DNA of 64,000 nucleotides. Source: an uncultured bacterium (GTDB lineage Bacteria > CSSED10-310). The notes under the pieces were generated by a model. That model did no database searches. It saw only the letters and a list, made by a program, of their open reading frames with translations, and had not been told where the DNA came from. This document shows positions 1-7,839 of this stretch, one piece after another; the first letter of the stretch is position 1; every line of letters begins with the position of its first letter. Location of the stretch: the NCBI GenBank assembly GCA_964404285.1, contig CAYOJK010000003.1, positions 69,511 through 133,510 of the forward strand. The letters are read 5' to 3'. The translations under genes and the position numbers were made by a program.

Positions 1-749
1 GCATTGATATGTCGGAATTCATGGAAAAACACTCTGTTTCGCGAATGGTTGGATCGCCGCCTGGATATGTCGGCTATGGCGAAGGCGGTCAATTGACGGA
101 AAAAGTTCGCCGTCGTCCTTATTCCGTAGTTTTGCTTGATGAAATCGAGAAGGCCAGCCCGGAAATTTACAATATTTTGCTCCAAGTTATGGAAGAAGGA
201 CATCTAACTGATGGAATGGGTCGTCAGATAGATTTTCGTAACTGTATTCTGATCATGACTTCAAATATTGGAGCCAAGTTTATACGGACGGGAACTATGT
301 TGGGATTTACTCCGGATACTGAGGCTGATCGCAGATCATATTCAGCAATGAAGGAAACCGTGCTCCGAGAAATGAAGTCGACTTTCAGTCCGGAATTTCT
401 GAATAGGATCGATGAAGTTGTCGTGTTTCACCAATTGAGCAAAGATCATATTCAATCCATCATGGATTTGAATTTATCTAGGTTAAACAAACAGCTTCAA
501 GAATTGGGATTGGATATGGAAATTACACCTGCTGCACGAGATTGGCTGGTTGAAAAAAGTTATCAACCCGCTTATGGAGCTCGACCTGTCAAGCGATCTA
601 TACGCCGATATATTGAAAATCCGCTCTCAGAGGAATTGCTGAGGTTCCCTGATGGTATGAAGGATGCTTGTGTCAGGATATCACTAGAAAACGATCAATT
701 AAAATTCAGCATTGAAGTAAAAAACCAATGCGCGATTGTGAGCGAGTGA
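1..749 (+). CDS. Clp/Hsp100 family AAA+ ATPase (ClpA/ClpB/ClpC-like), C-terminal fragment; 5' end lies outside window
   Basis: Translation contains the D2 sensor/small domain typical of Clp ATPases (LLDEIEKA...[32 protein letters not shown]). The reading frame is open to position 1. Confidence 0.8.
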   Translation, partial: IDMSEFMEKHSVSRMVGSPPGYVGYGEGGQLTEKVRRRPYSVVLLDEIEKASPEIYNILLQVMEEGHLTDGMGRQIDFRNCILIMTSNIGAKFIRTGTMLGFTPDTEADRRSYSAMKETVLREMKSTFSPEFLNRIDEVVVFHQLSKDHIQSIMDLNLSRLNKQLQELGLDMEITPAARDWLVEKSYQPAYGARPVKRSIRRYIENPLSEELLRFPDGMKDACVRISLENDQLKFSIEVKNQCAIVSE

Positions 750-863
750 TTCAAAGTTGATTTAGGACAGACCATCTTGACCTAATACTGCAAAACACAT
801 TACACTGGCGCTCGACTTGAATTCCTTGTAAGTATATGGGTCAGGATCAGGAATGGTTGTCAA

Positions 864-3242
864 TTGACTGAAAATAATCATATTAGGCTTTTTGTTTTCA
901 TATTGTTATCGATAGGATTTGCTGCTCTAACGTTCGCAGACGAAATACCTGGGAGCTTAGCTGTCATCAGGGAAATTATCATTGTTGGAAACCAGACAAT
1001 CAGCGCAGATGTTATCGAACATTTGATAAAACTAACCCCGGGCGCTGAATTGATTGAAAAAGATATTCGGCGAGATGTTAAATCCTTATATGCTTCCGGC
1101 TTTTTTGAGGATATCTATGTTGAGCGTGAACCGATGGATGTGGGATATCGTCTGATTTTTACGGTCAAAGAATATCCAATTATACATGACATCGTGATTT
1201 CCGGCGCTTCATCTATTGGACTTAACACGTTACGTGATGAGCTGACTGTTTCGATCGGCGATCGATATAATCCGGTCATTATTCAACAGAGCGCTACAAA
1301 AATCGAACAAAAATATCGTGATAAAGGCTTTAATTTTGCTGTGGTCACGCCCCGTCTGACGCCGGCTCAACTTGGTCTTGCTTCGTTGATCTTTGATGTT
1401 GATGAAGGAACAAAATTGAAGATTCGAGAAGTCACGATTAGGGGAAACCAAAATATTTCGACAGGAACCCGGTTATGGGGATTGAAGTCAAAAATTAAAA
1501 AGAACCAAAAGTGGTGGTGGTTGTCCTTTATTACAGACTCTGGTGTTTTCAAGGAAGAAGAAATAAAGGAAGATATCAAAGGTTTGGAGCAGTATTACAA
1601 AAATCGAGGTTATCTTCGAGTATCAATCACTGAACCTCAAATTACGTTGAATCGACCTGAAAAACCTGGCGCCTCTGCGTCATTGAGCATTTCATACGAT
1701 ATAGATGAAGGCGATATTTACACACTTGGGCAATTGAATTATCAGGTTGCAGATTCATCGATCATACCTGAATCCATTGTGCGAAACGTCGTTGAGTCTA
1801 TTCGTCCGGAGAGTTATGAAAAATATTTTGGAGGTTCCGCTTTATGGGGAGAAGGACCACGATTTCAAACCGGACGCAGATACTCTTTAGCATTGGAAGA
1901 TCTTGCAATTAAAACACTTAGCGAAATATATGGCACGCTTGGTTATGTATATGTTTATATTTCTCCCGAGAAGAAAATTGATGACCGAAATAAAACAGTT
2001 GATATCACATTTTCGATCATTGAAGGTAAGCAGGCCTTTTTAAATCGTTTGGAGTTTATTGGTAATTATCGTACCAAGGATAGGGTTCTTAGACGCAACT
2101 TTATCATTCCTGAAGGAAGAGTCTTTAACACAGCACAACTTCAAAGCTCAATCGGGCGCTTACAATACCTGGCCTATATCGATAATGTCGTTCCTGATAT
2201 CGAACCTCAGGTCGATCCAACTAAAATTGACGTGATGATCTCACTGTCCGATAACCGGCAGACTGAAATACAGCTAGCTGGGGGCTATTCGGGATATAAC
2301 AAATTATACGGCACCTTGGGATTGTCGGAACACAATTTATTTGGTCGAGGTCAGGAGCTGAATCTTTCTGCTACCTCGGGCAGCAGAAGCGACACAGTAA
2401 GATTTTCATTTATTGATGAATGGGTGATGGACAGGCCGTATTATGGTTCAATCTCGGCGTGGAATTCTCGAGAAAGATATGATAATTCAACGCAACGAAA
2501 ACAGGGAGGTAGTGTATTTGTCGGTAGAGGGGTCGGCAGTCTGTTTTCTACCCGACTTGGATATACGTTTGAGCACAATAGAATATATGATATCTCAGCA
2601 TCGGCTGATGAAAATGTGAAAATGCTTGAAGGGACTCAGATCACATCCAGCTTGACTCATCTGTGGATATTGAACACGCTCAACAACAAATTGGATCCCA
2701 CAAAGGGTTGGTATGGAACGGTTTCTTTCCAATTTGCGGGAAGCATACTTGGGGGCGATAACGATTTCTACAAAACCTATCTGTCTGTATCAAAGTACTG
2801 GTCCTTGCCTAGGCGCTTGGTTTTTTCGCTACAGGGAAGATTTAATTACGGTGCAGGCTTAAGGGGTAAAGAATTGCCTTATTATGAACTCTTTCGTCTT
2901 GGAGGTCCCTACACTGTTCGAGGATATAAAGATTATGGAATTGGTCCGGTTGGTGAGGCTGGGTATGTTCTTGGTGGAAACAAATCCTTATTGTTATCAT
3001 CTGAATTACAAATTCCGATAGCTCGACCCTTAAAATTGGTTTTTTTTATTGATGCCGGCGATGCCTGGGATACAAAAGATCATGTTGATTTAAGGACTTT
3101 GAGACCTAGCACAGGATTTGAAGTTCGATTTTTTATGCCAGGCTTCGGGATTCCATTGCGGTTTATTTGGGGGTATAATCTGGACCCGCATGAAAATGAA
3201 AGTCGAAATGATTTTCAGTTTACCATGGGGCGGATGTTTTAA
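864..3242 (+). CDS. bamA: Outer membrane protein assembly factor BamA (Omp85; POTRA repeats plus C-terminal beta-barrel)
   Basis: 792 aa with an N-terminal signal peptide and POTRA-like repeats. The C-terminal barrel carries the motifs RGY..GGN...FFIDAGDAWD and a terminal aromatic residue. The gene sits in the classic bamA-skp-lpxD context. TTG start inferred. Confidence 0.9.
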   Translation: MTENNHIRLFVFILLSIGFAALTFADEIPGSLAVIREIIIVGNQTISADVIEHLIKLTPGAELIEKDIRRDVKSLYASGFFEDIYVEREPMDVGYRLIFTVKEYPIIHDIVISGASSIGLNTLRDELTVSIGDRYNPVIIQQSATKIEQKYRDKGFNFAVVTPRLTPAQLGLASLIFDVDEGTKLKIREVTIRGNQNISTGTRLWGLKSKIKKNQKWWWLSFITDSGVFKEEEIKEDIKGLEQYYKNRGYLRVSITEPQITLNRPEKPGASASLSISYDIDEGDIYTLGQLNYQVADSSIIPESIVRNVVESIRPESYEKYFGGSALWGEGPRFQTGRRYSLALEDLAIKTLSEIYGTLGYVYVYISPEKKIDDRNKTVDITFSIIEGKQAFLNRLEFIGNYRTKDRVLRRNFIIPEGRVFNTAQLQSSIGRLQYLAYIDNVVPDIEPQVDPTKIDVMISLSDNRQTEIQLAGGYSGYNKLYGTLGLSEHNLFGRGQELNLSATSGSRSDTVRFSFIDEWVMDRPYYGSISAWNSRERYDNSTQRKQGGSVFVGRGVGSLFSTRLGYTFEHNRIYDISASADENVKMLEGTQITSSLTHLWILNTLNNKLDPTKGWYGTVSFQFAGSILGGDNDFYKTYLSVSKYWSLPRRLVFSLQGRFNYGAGLRGKELPYYELFRLGGPYTVRGYKDYGIGPVGEAGYVLGGNKSLLLSSELQIPIARPLKLVFFIDAGDAWDTKDHVDLRTLRPSTGFEVRFFMPGFGIPLRFIWGYNLDPHENESRNDFQFTMGRMF

Positions 3243-3263
3243 TGGTATGAAAGGAATGAATTT

Positions 3264-3788
3264 ATGAAAAAAATTGTGTATCTGGTTGTTATTTTAGCGC
3301 TCTTGGTTATGAATAGCCCATTAAGAGCAGATACTTCAGCAAAGATCGGCTTCATTCAAACACAAAGGGTAATCCTTGAAACTAAAGCGGGTAAAGAAGG
3401 ATATACCACTCTGCAAAATCTTGTTGACCAACGACGGCAGGAAATGACCGCGAAAGAAAACGAAATAAAGAAAATGGAAGACGATTTGGCAAAACAAAGT
3501 CAAATGCTGACAGATGAGGCTAGACTGGAGCAACGCGAACGACTCCAACGGGCAGTTTTGGATTTTCAGCGAATGAAAGAGGACGCTCAAACAGAAATTG
3601 GTAATCGAGAAAAACTCCTGTTGGACCGAATTATTGACCAATTGGCCGAGGTTATAGAGAAAATAGGAAAAGAGCAGGGCTTTACGATAATTCTGGACGC
3701 CGACGGACCTTCTGTTCTTTATTCCGATCGGGCATTGGATATCTCAAACCTGGTCATTGCTGAATTCGATAAAGCTTTTAAACAATAA
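3264..3788 (+). CDS. skp: Periplasmic chaperone Skp/OmpH family
   Basis: 174 aa with a signal peptide and a charged coiled-coil-rich body. Positioned between bamA and lpxD as in many diderms. Confidence 0.75.
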   Translation: MKKIVYLVVILALLVMNSPLRADTSAKIGFIQTQRVILETKAGKEGYTTLQNLVDQRRQEMTAKENEIKKMEDDLAKQSQMLTDEARLEQRERLQRAVLDFQRMKEDAQTEIGNREKLLLDRIIDQLAEVIEKIGKEQGFTIILDADGPSVLYSDRALDISNLVIAEFDKAFKQ

Positions 3789-3840
3789 TCCTTGGTAACA
3801 GAATCGTATTACTACCTGGGTTAGGAAAGAGACGTATGGA

Positions 3841-4926
3841 ATGAATCTTAAACCCTCGGATCGTAGCCTTACGATTAAAGAGTTTCTCAAAACGATTGAA
3901 GGCGAGTTTATTGGTGAGACCATCGTCACTCATATCAAGGGGATTGCGCCATTAGACAGAGCAGGACCCGATGACGTTTCATTTTATTCCGGGCCCAAAT
4001 ACGCTGATCAATTGAAGAGAACAAAAGCGGGCATTGTTCTAATATCAGAACTTCCGCAAATAGAGACAACTGCTGTTCTTGTCAAAGTAAAAAATATTCA
4101 TCTTAGCTTGGCACGGCTTTTGTCAATCTTTTACCCTCCGATTCTTCCACCAGCCGGAATTCATCCGACAGCTATTATCGATGAAAGCGCTAAAATCGAT
4201 AAAACGTGTTTTGTCGATGCAAATGTCGTTATTAAAAAGGGAGTTCGAATTGGGCCGAATTCGGCTTTATTTGCAGGCGTATATGTTGGAGAACACACTG
4301 TTATTGGTTCGGATTGTATTCTTTATCCCAATGTTACGATTTACCACAAAGTCGTTATTGGAAACCGTGTAATCATTCATGGTGGAGCGGTGATAGGTTC
4401 GGACGGTTTCGGATTTGCACGCGATGGTGATGCATATATTAAAATTCCGCAAATTGGAAGTGTTGACGTGAAAGATGATGTAGAAATAGGCGCGAATACT
4501 ACAATCGATCGAGGCAGTATTGCCATGACGACGATTGAACAAGGCGTGAAAATTGACAACTTGGTTCACGTTGCTCACAATGTTTCGATTGGAAAAAATA
4601 CAGCAATAGCTGCTCAAACAGGAATAGCCGGAAGCTCAAAAATAGGACAGAATGTCACCTTGGGAGGACAAGTAGGCATCTCCGGTCATGTAAACATTAG
4701 TGAAAATGTTATTGTGACATCTCGAGGAACGATTACGAAAAATACGCCCGCAAATCAGGTGATCTCAGGTTTTCCACAGATGCAGCATCATGAATGGAAA
4801 CGAAACCAAGTTGCTTTGCGACAGGCATCGAAATGGATGGATATGATCAAAGAAATGTCTGAAAAGATTAAGAAGTTGGAATCTGATTTGGCGAATTTGA
4901 AAAGAAAGGAAATTACCGGTGATTGA
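3841..4926 (+). CDS. lpxD: UDP-3-O-acylglucosamine N-acyltransferase LpxD
   Basis: LpxD-type N-terminal domain followed by a long run of hexapeptide (left-handed beta-helix) repeats and a C-terminal helical tail. Overlaps lpxA by 8 nt. Confidence 0.9.
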   Translation: MNLKPSDRSLTIKEFLKTIEGEFIGETIVTHIKGIAPLDRAGPDDVSFYSGPKYADQLKRTKAGIVLISELPQIETTAVLVKVKNIHLSLARLLSIFYPPILPPAGIHPTAIIDESAKIDKTCFVDANVVIKKGVRIGPNSALFAGVYVGEHTVIGSDCILYPNVTIYHKVVIGNRVIIHGGAVIGSDGFGFARDGDAYIKIPQIGSVDVKDDVEIGANTTIDRGSIAMTTIEQGVKIDNLVHVAHNVSIGKNTAIAAQTGIAGSSKIGQNVTLGGQVGISGHVNISENVIVTSRGTITKNTPANQVISGFPQMQHHEWKRNQVALRQASKWMDMIKEMSEKIKKLESDLANLKRKEITGD

Positions 4927-5689
4927 AAAAACAGCTATAATTGATCCATCAGCAAAATTGGCGGACAATGTTAAGGTTGGTCATTATACGATAATTGGTC
5001 CGGATGTTGAAATTGGTTCAGGATGTGAGATCGGATCGCATGTGGTTTTAGAAGGTCCAATGACGATTGGGGAACGTAACCGTATTTTCCATTTTGCCTA
5101 TATTGGAGGTGTTCCACAGGATATCACCTATAAAGGCGAAAAAAGTCGCGTTGAGATAGGATCTGACAATATCATACGGGAATATGTCACCATCCATCGA
5201 GGAACACCAAAACAAGATTGTCTTACTCGTGTAGGCAGTCACAATTTATTCATGGCTTACGTCCATATCGCGCATGATTGTATTATTGGAAATCATTGTA
5301 TTTTAGCCAATGCTGTCAATATGGGTGGTCATGTAGAGATCGATGATTATGCTTCGATTGGTGGATTGGTTGGTATTCATCAGTTTGTAAGAATTGGTCG
5401 CTATAGTTTTATTGGTGGGCTGAGCGCGGTTACTCGGAATGTATTACCCTTTAGTCTTATATCTGGTGAACGGGCATCGTTGCGTGGAACCAATATAACC
5501 GGATTGCGTCGACATGGGTTCAGCACAGAACGACGAAGTAAAATTGAAAAGGCTATCCGGTATTTTCTGACTCCTGAAACAGCCCCCTCGACAGCTCTGG
5601 AAAAAATAATTAACGAATATCCTAATGATGAAGACATCAAGGAAATCATCAATTTTGCCAACTCTTCAAAGCGTGGTATCACGACTTGA
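4919..5689 (+). CDS. lpxA: Acyl-ACP--UDP-N-acetylglucosamine O-acyltransferase LpxA
   Basis: 256 aa with hexapeptide repeats and an LpxA-like N-terminus ([30 protein letters not shown]) plus the LpxA C-terminal helical domain. Confidence 0.9.
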   Translation: MIEKTAIIDPSAKLADNVKVGHYTIIGPDVEIGSGCEIGSHVVLEGPMTIGERNRIFHFAYIGGVPQDITYKGEKSRVEIGSDNIIREYVTIHRGTPKQDCLTRVGSHNLFMAYVHIAHDCIIGNHCILANAVNMGGHVEIDDYASIGGLVGIHQFVRIGRYSFIGGLSAVTRNVLPFSLISGERASLRGTNITGLRRHGFSTERRSKIEKAIRYFLTPETAPSTALEKIINEYPNDEDIKEIINFANSSKRGITT

Positions 5690-5707
5690 CACGTGATCAA
5701 AACAAGA

Positions 5708-6613
5708 TCATAGCTTTTGACCTAAAAAATAAACATCCGGGTGATTGATCTTACCTTTTAACGTTAATGGTATATACACGTCCGTGTTAAACGATTGATT
5801 TTCATCGAGCACATAGAGTCTCACCTGAAAATCGACAACTGAATCGGAAACAGGCATCCGCTGATTAATCGTTCCCAGAATCTGGACCATTGTATCAGAT
5901 TGCACAAGCTCAATTTTTTGGACTTGAATTTCTGAATGGTTCATTACAAAGTCGGCTTTTATGGTGTTAAATTCCAAAATTTCAAGATAATTCTTGAATT
6001 TGTCTGGTAGATTGAAATGTGTCTTATCAATTGTGATATGCACGGGTCCTTTATAGATGAAGTCTTGATTAAAATCAGCGATTAGTTCTGCTTTTCCCTG
6101 GAAGTTTCCTGAAGAAATCAAAAAGTCAGGATAATCTTCCAGTAGATATGATAGATCGATATCGTCCCAGTTCACGATAAGCTCTAATGGTTGTGGGCGT
6201 GTGGATAGAGCTGTTTTGATTACCCCATTGATAGCGCCGCCATAGGCGTTACTTTTCAGATTTAAGCCGGCTTTCCCTAAAAAAAGTGTACGAAAAGCGA
6301 TTGACACTGAAAGTCGCTCACCGTTAAAAATAACTCTCTCGCCCTTTATTGACTCAGTAGCTAATACCTGTTTTCCATCTTGTTTCAATAGTGGATCGAC
6401 TATAATGATTTTTCCGGGAAAAATAAGTTTAACATCGGAATAATCCAAAAGGATTCCTGCTCTGTCTTTTAAAAGAACGGAAATATGTTCTATTAGTCTT
6501 TTTTCAGGACGAAAGATCAGGGCAAAAAAATAGAAATTAGCTATTAAAATTATGATTGTGATAAAGATTTTTTTGAATATAGCGATAATACGTTGTTTCA
6601 TCCCAGACGTCAT
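5708..6613 (-). CDS. Hypothetical membrane-anchored periplasmic protein (single N-terminal TM helix)
   Basis: 301 aa with an N-terminal hydrophobic helix and no recognisable catalytic motif. Convergent with lpxA. Confidence 0.45.
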   Translation of the reverse strand: MTSGMKQRIIAIFKKIFITIIILIANFYFFALIFRPEKRLIEHISVLLKDRAGILLDYSDVKLIFPGKIIIVDPLLKQDGKQVLATESIKGERVIFNGERLSVSIAFRTLFLGKAGLNLKSNAYGGAINGVIKTALSTRPQPLELIVNWDDIDLSYLLEDYPDFLISSGNFQGKAELIADFNQDFIYKGPVHITIDKTHFNLPDKFKNYLEILEFNTIKADFVMNHSEIQVQKIELVQSDTMVQILGTINQRMPVSDSVVDFQVRLYVLDENQSFNTDVYIPLTLKGKINHPDVYFLGQKL

Positions 6614-6735
6614 CCCTCAAAAATAGATATGGAACATTCCATCTTCAATGAAGAATAAAATGATGGTAGGTATGAGGGAGCAGGTTGTCAAGAATTGCTT
6701 CTGTCATTACAATACTGAAGGGAGGATTAGAGTTA

Positions 6736-7134
6736 ATGAACTATTCAAAACGTTTGTTTCATAGATTGATAATCTGCCTGTTTCTAAGTCTCTTTGGACT
6801 GATGTTGGTATCCTGTGCTTATAAAACTCCAAGAACTCCTGGGCACCTTGTTCGTTATGGCATCGAACTTGCCGAAGCAGGGTATTGGAAAGAGGCACGA
6901 AGGCAATGGGAGATGGTTTTGAGTGAAGATCCAGAAAACGTTGCCGCCCTGAATAATCTGGCGGTTGTCTCCGAATTGTTTACCGATTTTGCTGCTGCCC
7001 AGGAATTATTGGTAAAGGCAAGCGCTATTAAACCGAAAGATGCTCGAATAAAGCATAATATAAATGCACTTCAAAAGCGGATCGATGACCAGACTGGTCA
7101 GGAGAAAACAGATGAAAAAACGAAGAAACAATAA
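6736..7134 (+). CDS. Small TPR-repeat lipoprotein
   Basis: Signal peptide with lipobox (LMLVSC|AY), followed by TPR-like helical repeats. The internal Met at 6736 is preferred over the longer ORF start at 6685. Confidence 0.55.
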   Translation: MNYSKRLFHRLIICLFLSLFGLMLVSCAYKTPRTPGHLVRYGIELAEAGYWKEARRQWEMVLSEDPENVAALNNLAVVSELFTDFAAAQELLVKASAIKPKDARIKHNINALQKRIDDQTGQEKTDEKTKKQ

Positions 7135-7807
7135 AGCCAGGCTAGGGCGGATTTGTGTTCTATTGATATTCTTTCTATTCACAGGGTGTGCAGGTCACAA
7201 AAAAGTTATGGTTGAATACAGGCAGAAAGCGCTGACCGATGAACCGGAATCAAAAAAACTCCTCATCGGACCCTTTTATCAAAAATGTGAAAACTTTCAG
7301 GCTGTAACTGATTTTATAAGGTATATACAAAGAGTATTAGAAAAAGATTCGGTTTTTAAAAAAATAGAGGTTCGTTTTGATATCAGCAACTACTTGAGCG
7401 ATTTAAAGAGCACAGAAAAGCATCTTGAAAAATTGAAAGAAGTTGATTGGATCAAAACGTATGGTGATTCAGGCGCTGATTTTCTTTTAGCTGGAGCCAT
7501 TCAATACGACACAAAAGATCGTTCTGGGTATGATTCTGAATGGCAGGAAACGAGATCTGGTCTGAGAGCGCCTAAAAAAGTATACAAAGAACGACTTCTT
7601 TTCGACTTGGAATTAGGCTTGCTGTTGATCGATATGAAAACCGGAAAAATACTTTTTGAAGATATATATACCGACAAAGGCCAGACCGAGGGCCAGGCGG
7701 ATGAAATCGCAGTGTTTTTCGAATTGATCGATAAACAAATTCAGGCATTTCTGGATGAAATACTAGGTAAACAAACGCATACAAGAAGATATTTATTATA
7801 TGATTGA
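7112..7807 (+). CDS. Hypothetical lipoprotein
   Basis: MKKRRNNKARLGRICVLLIFFLFTGC|AG is a lipoprotein signal peptide. The start was chosen at the internal Met, which removes the large overlap with the upstream ORF. Confidence 0.5.
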   Translation: MKKRRNNKARLGRICVLLIFFLFTGCAGHKKVMVEYRQKALTDEPESKKLLIGPFYQKCENFQAVTDFIRYIQRVLEKDSVFKKIEVRFDISNYLSDLKSTEKHLEKLKEVDWIKTYGDSGADFLLAGAIQYDTKDRSGYDSEWQETRSGLRAPKKVYKERLLFDLELGLLLIDMKTGKILFEDIYTDKGQTEGQADEIAVFFELIDKQIQAFLDEILGKQTHTRRYLLYD

Positions 7808-7839
7808 TGCGAAATGGTTGGAAATGAAGGAGTCATAAA

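Noticed and set aside
750-863. Possible promoter (TTGACC ... TACACT) upstream of bamA
   Set aside because: The -10 element is weak and the lineage may use a non-canonical consensus. Not reportable with confidence.
1230-1579. Short minus-strand ORFs (73 and 70 aa) inside bamA
   Set aside because: Antisense to a strongly supported conserved gene, low-complexity translation, no start context. The same reasoning applies to the many 60-130 aa antisense or out-of-frame ORFs in the track, e.g. 3336-3641, 4267-4617, 11499-12184, 15059-16272, 21879-22277, 36310-36756, 43110-43488, 46129-46731, 53309-53650, 55095-55481, 59211-59447.
4780-4926. C-terminal coiled-coil tail of LpxD as a possible novel fusion
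   Set aside because: LpxD proteins normally end in a trimer-forming helical extension. The length here is within the normal range.
6685-7134. Long 5' extensions of ORFs 6685, 7064, 27621, 37679, 38340, 44762 and 50403 (folD) that would create large gene overlaps
   Set aside because: In each case an internal Met gives a canonical N-terminus and removes the overlap. The internal starts are: lipoprotein signal peptide at 6736; lipoprotein at 7112; signal peptide after GGGAGG at 27735; tmk FITFEG start at 37730; ricT ATG at 38403; rdgB IVIATS start at 44837; folD METVLLDGK.
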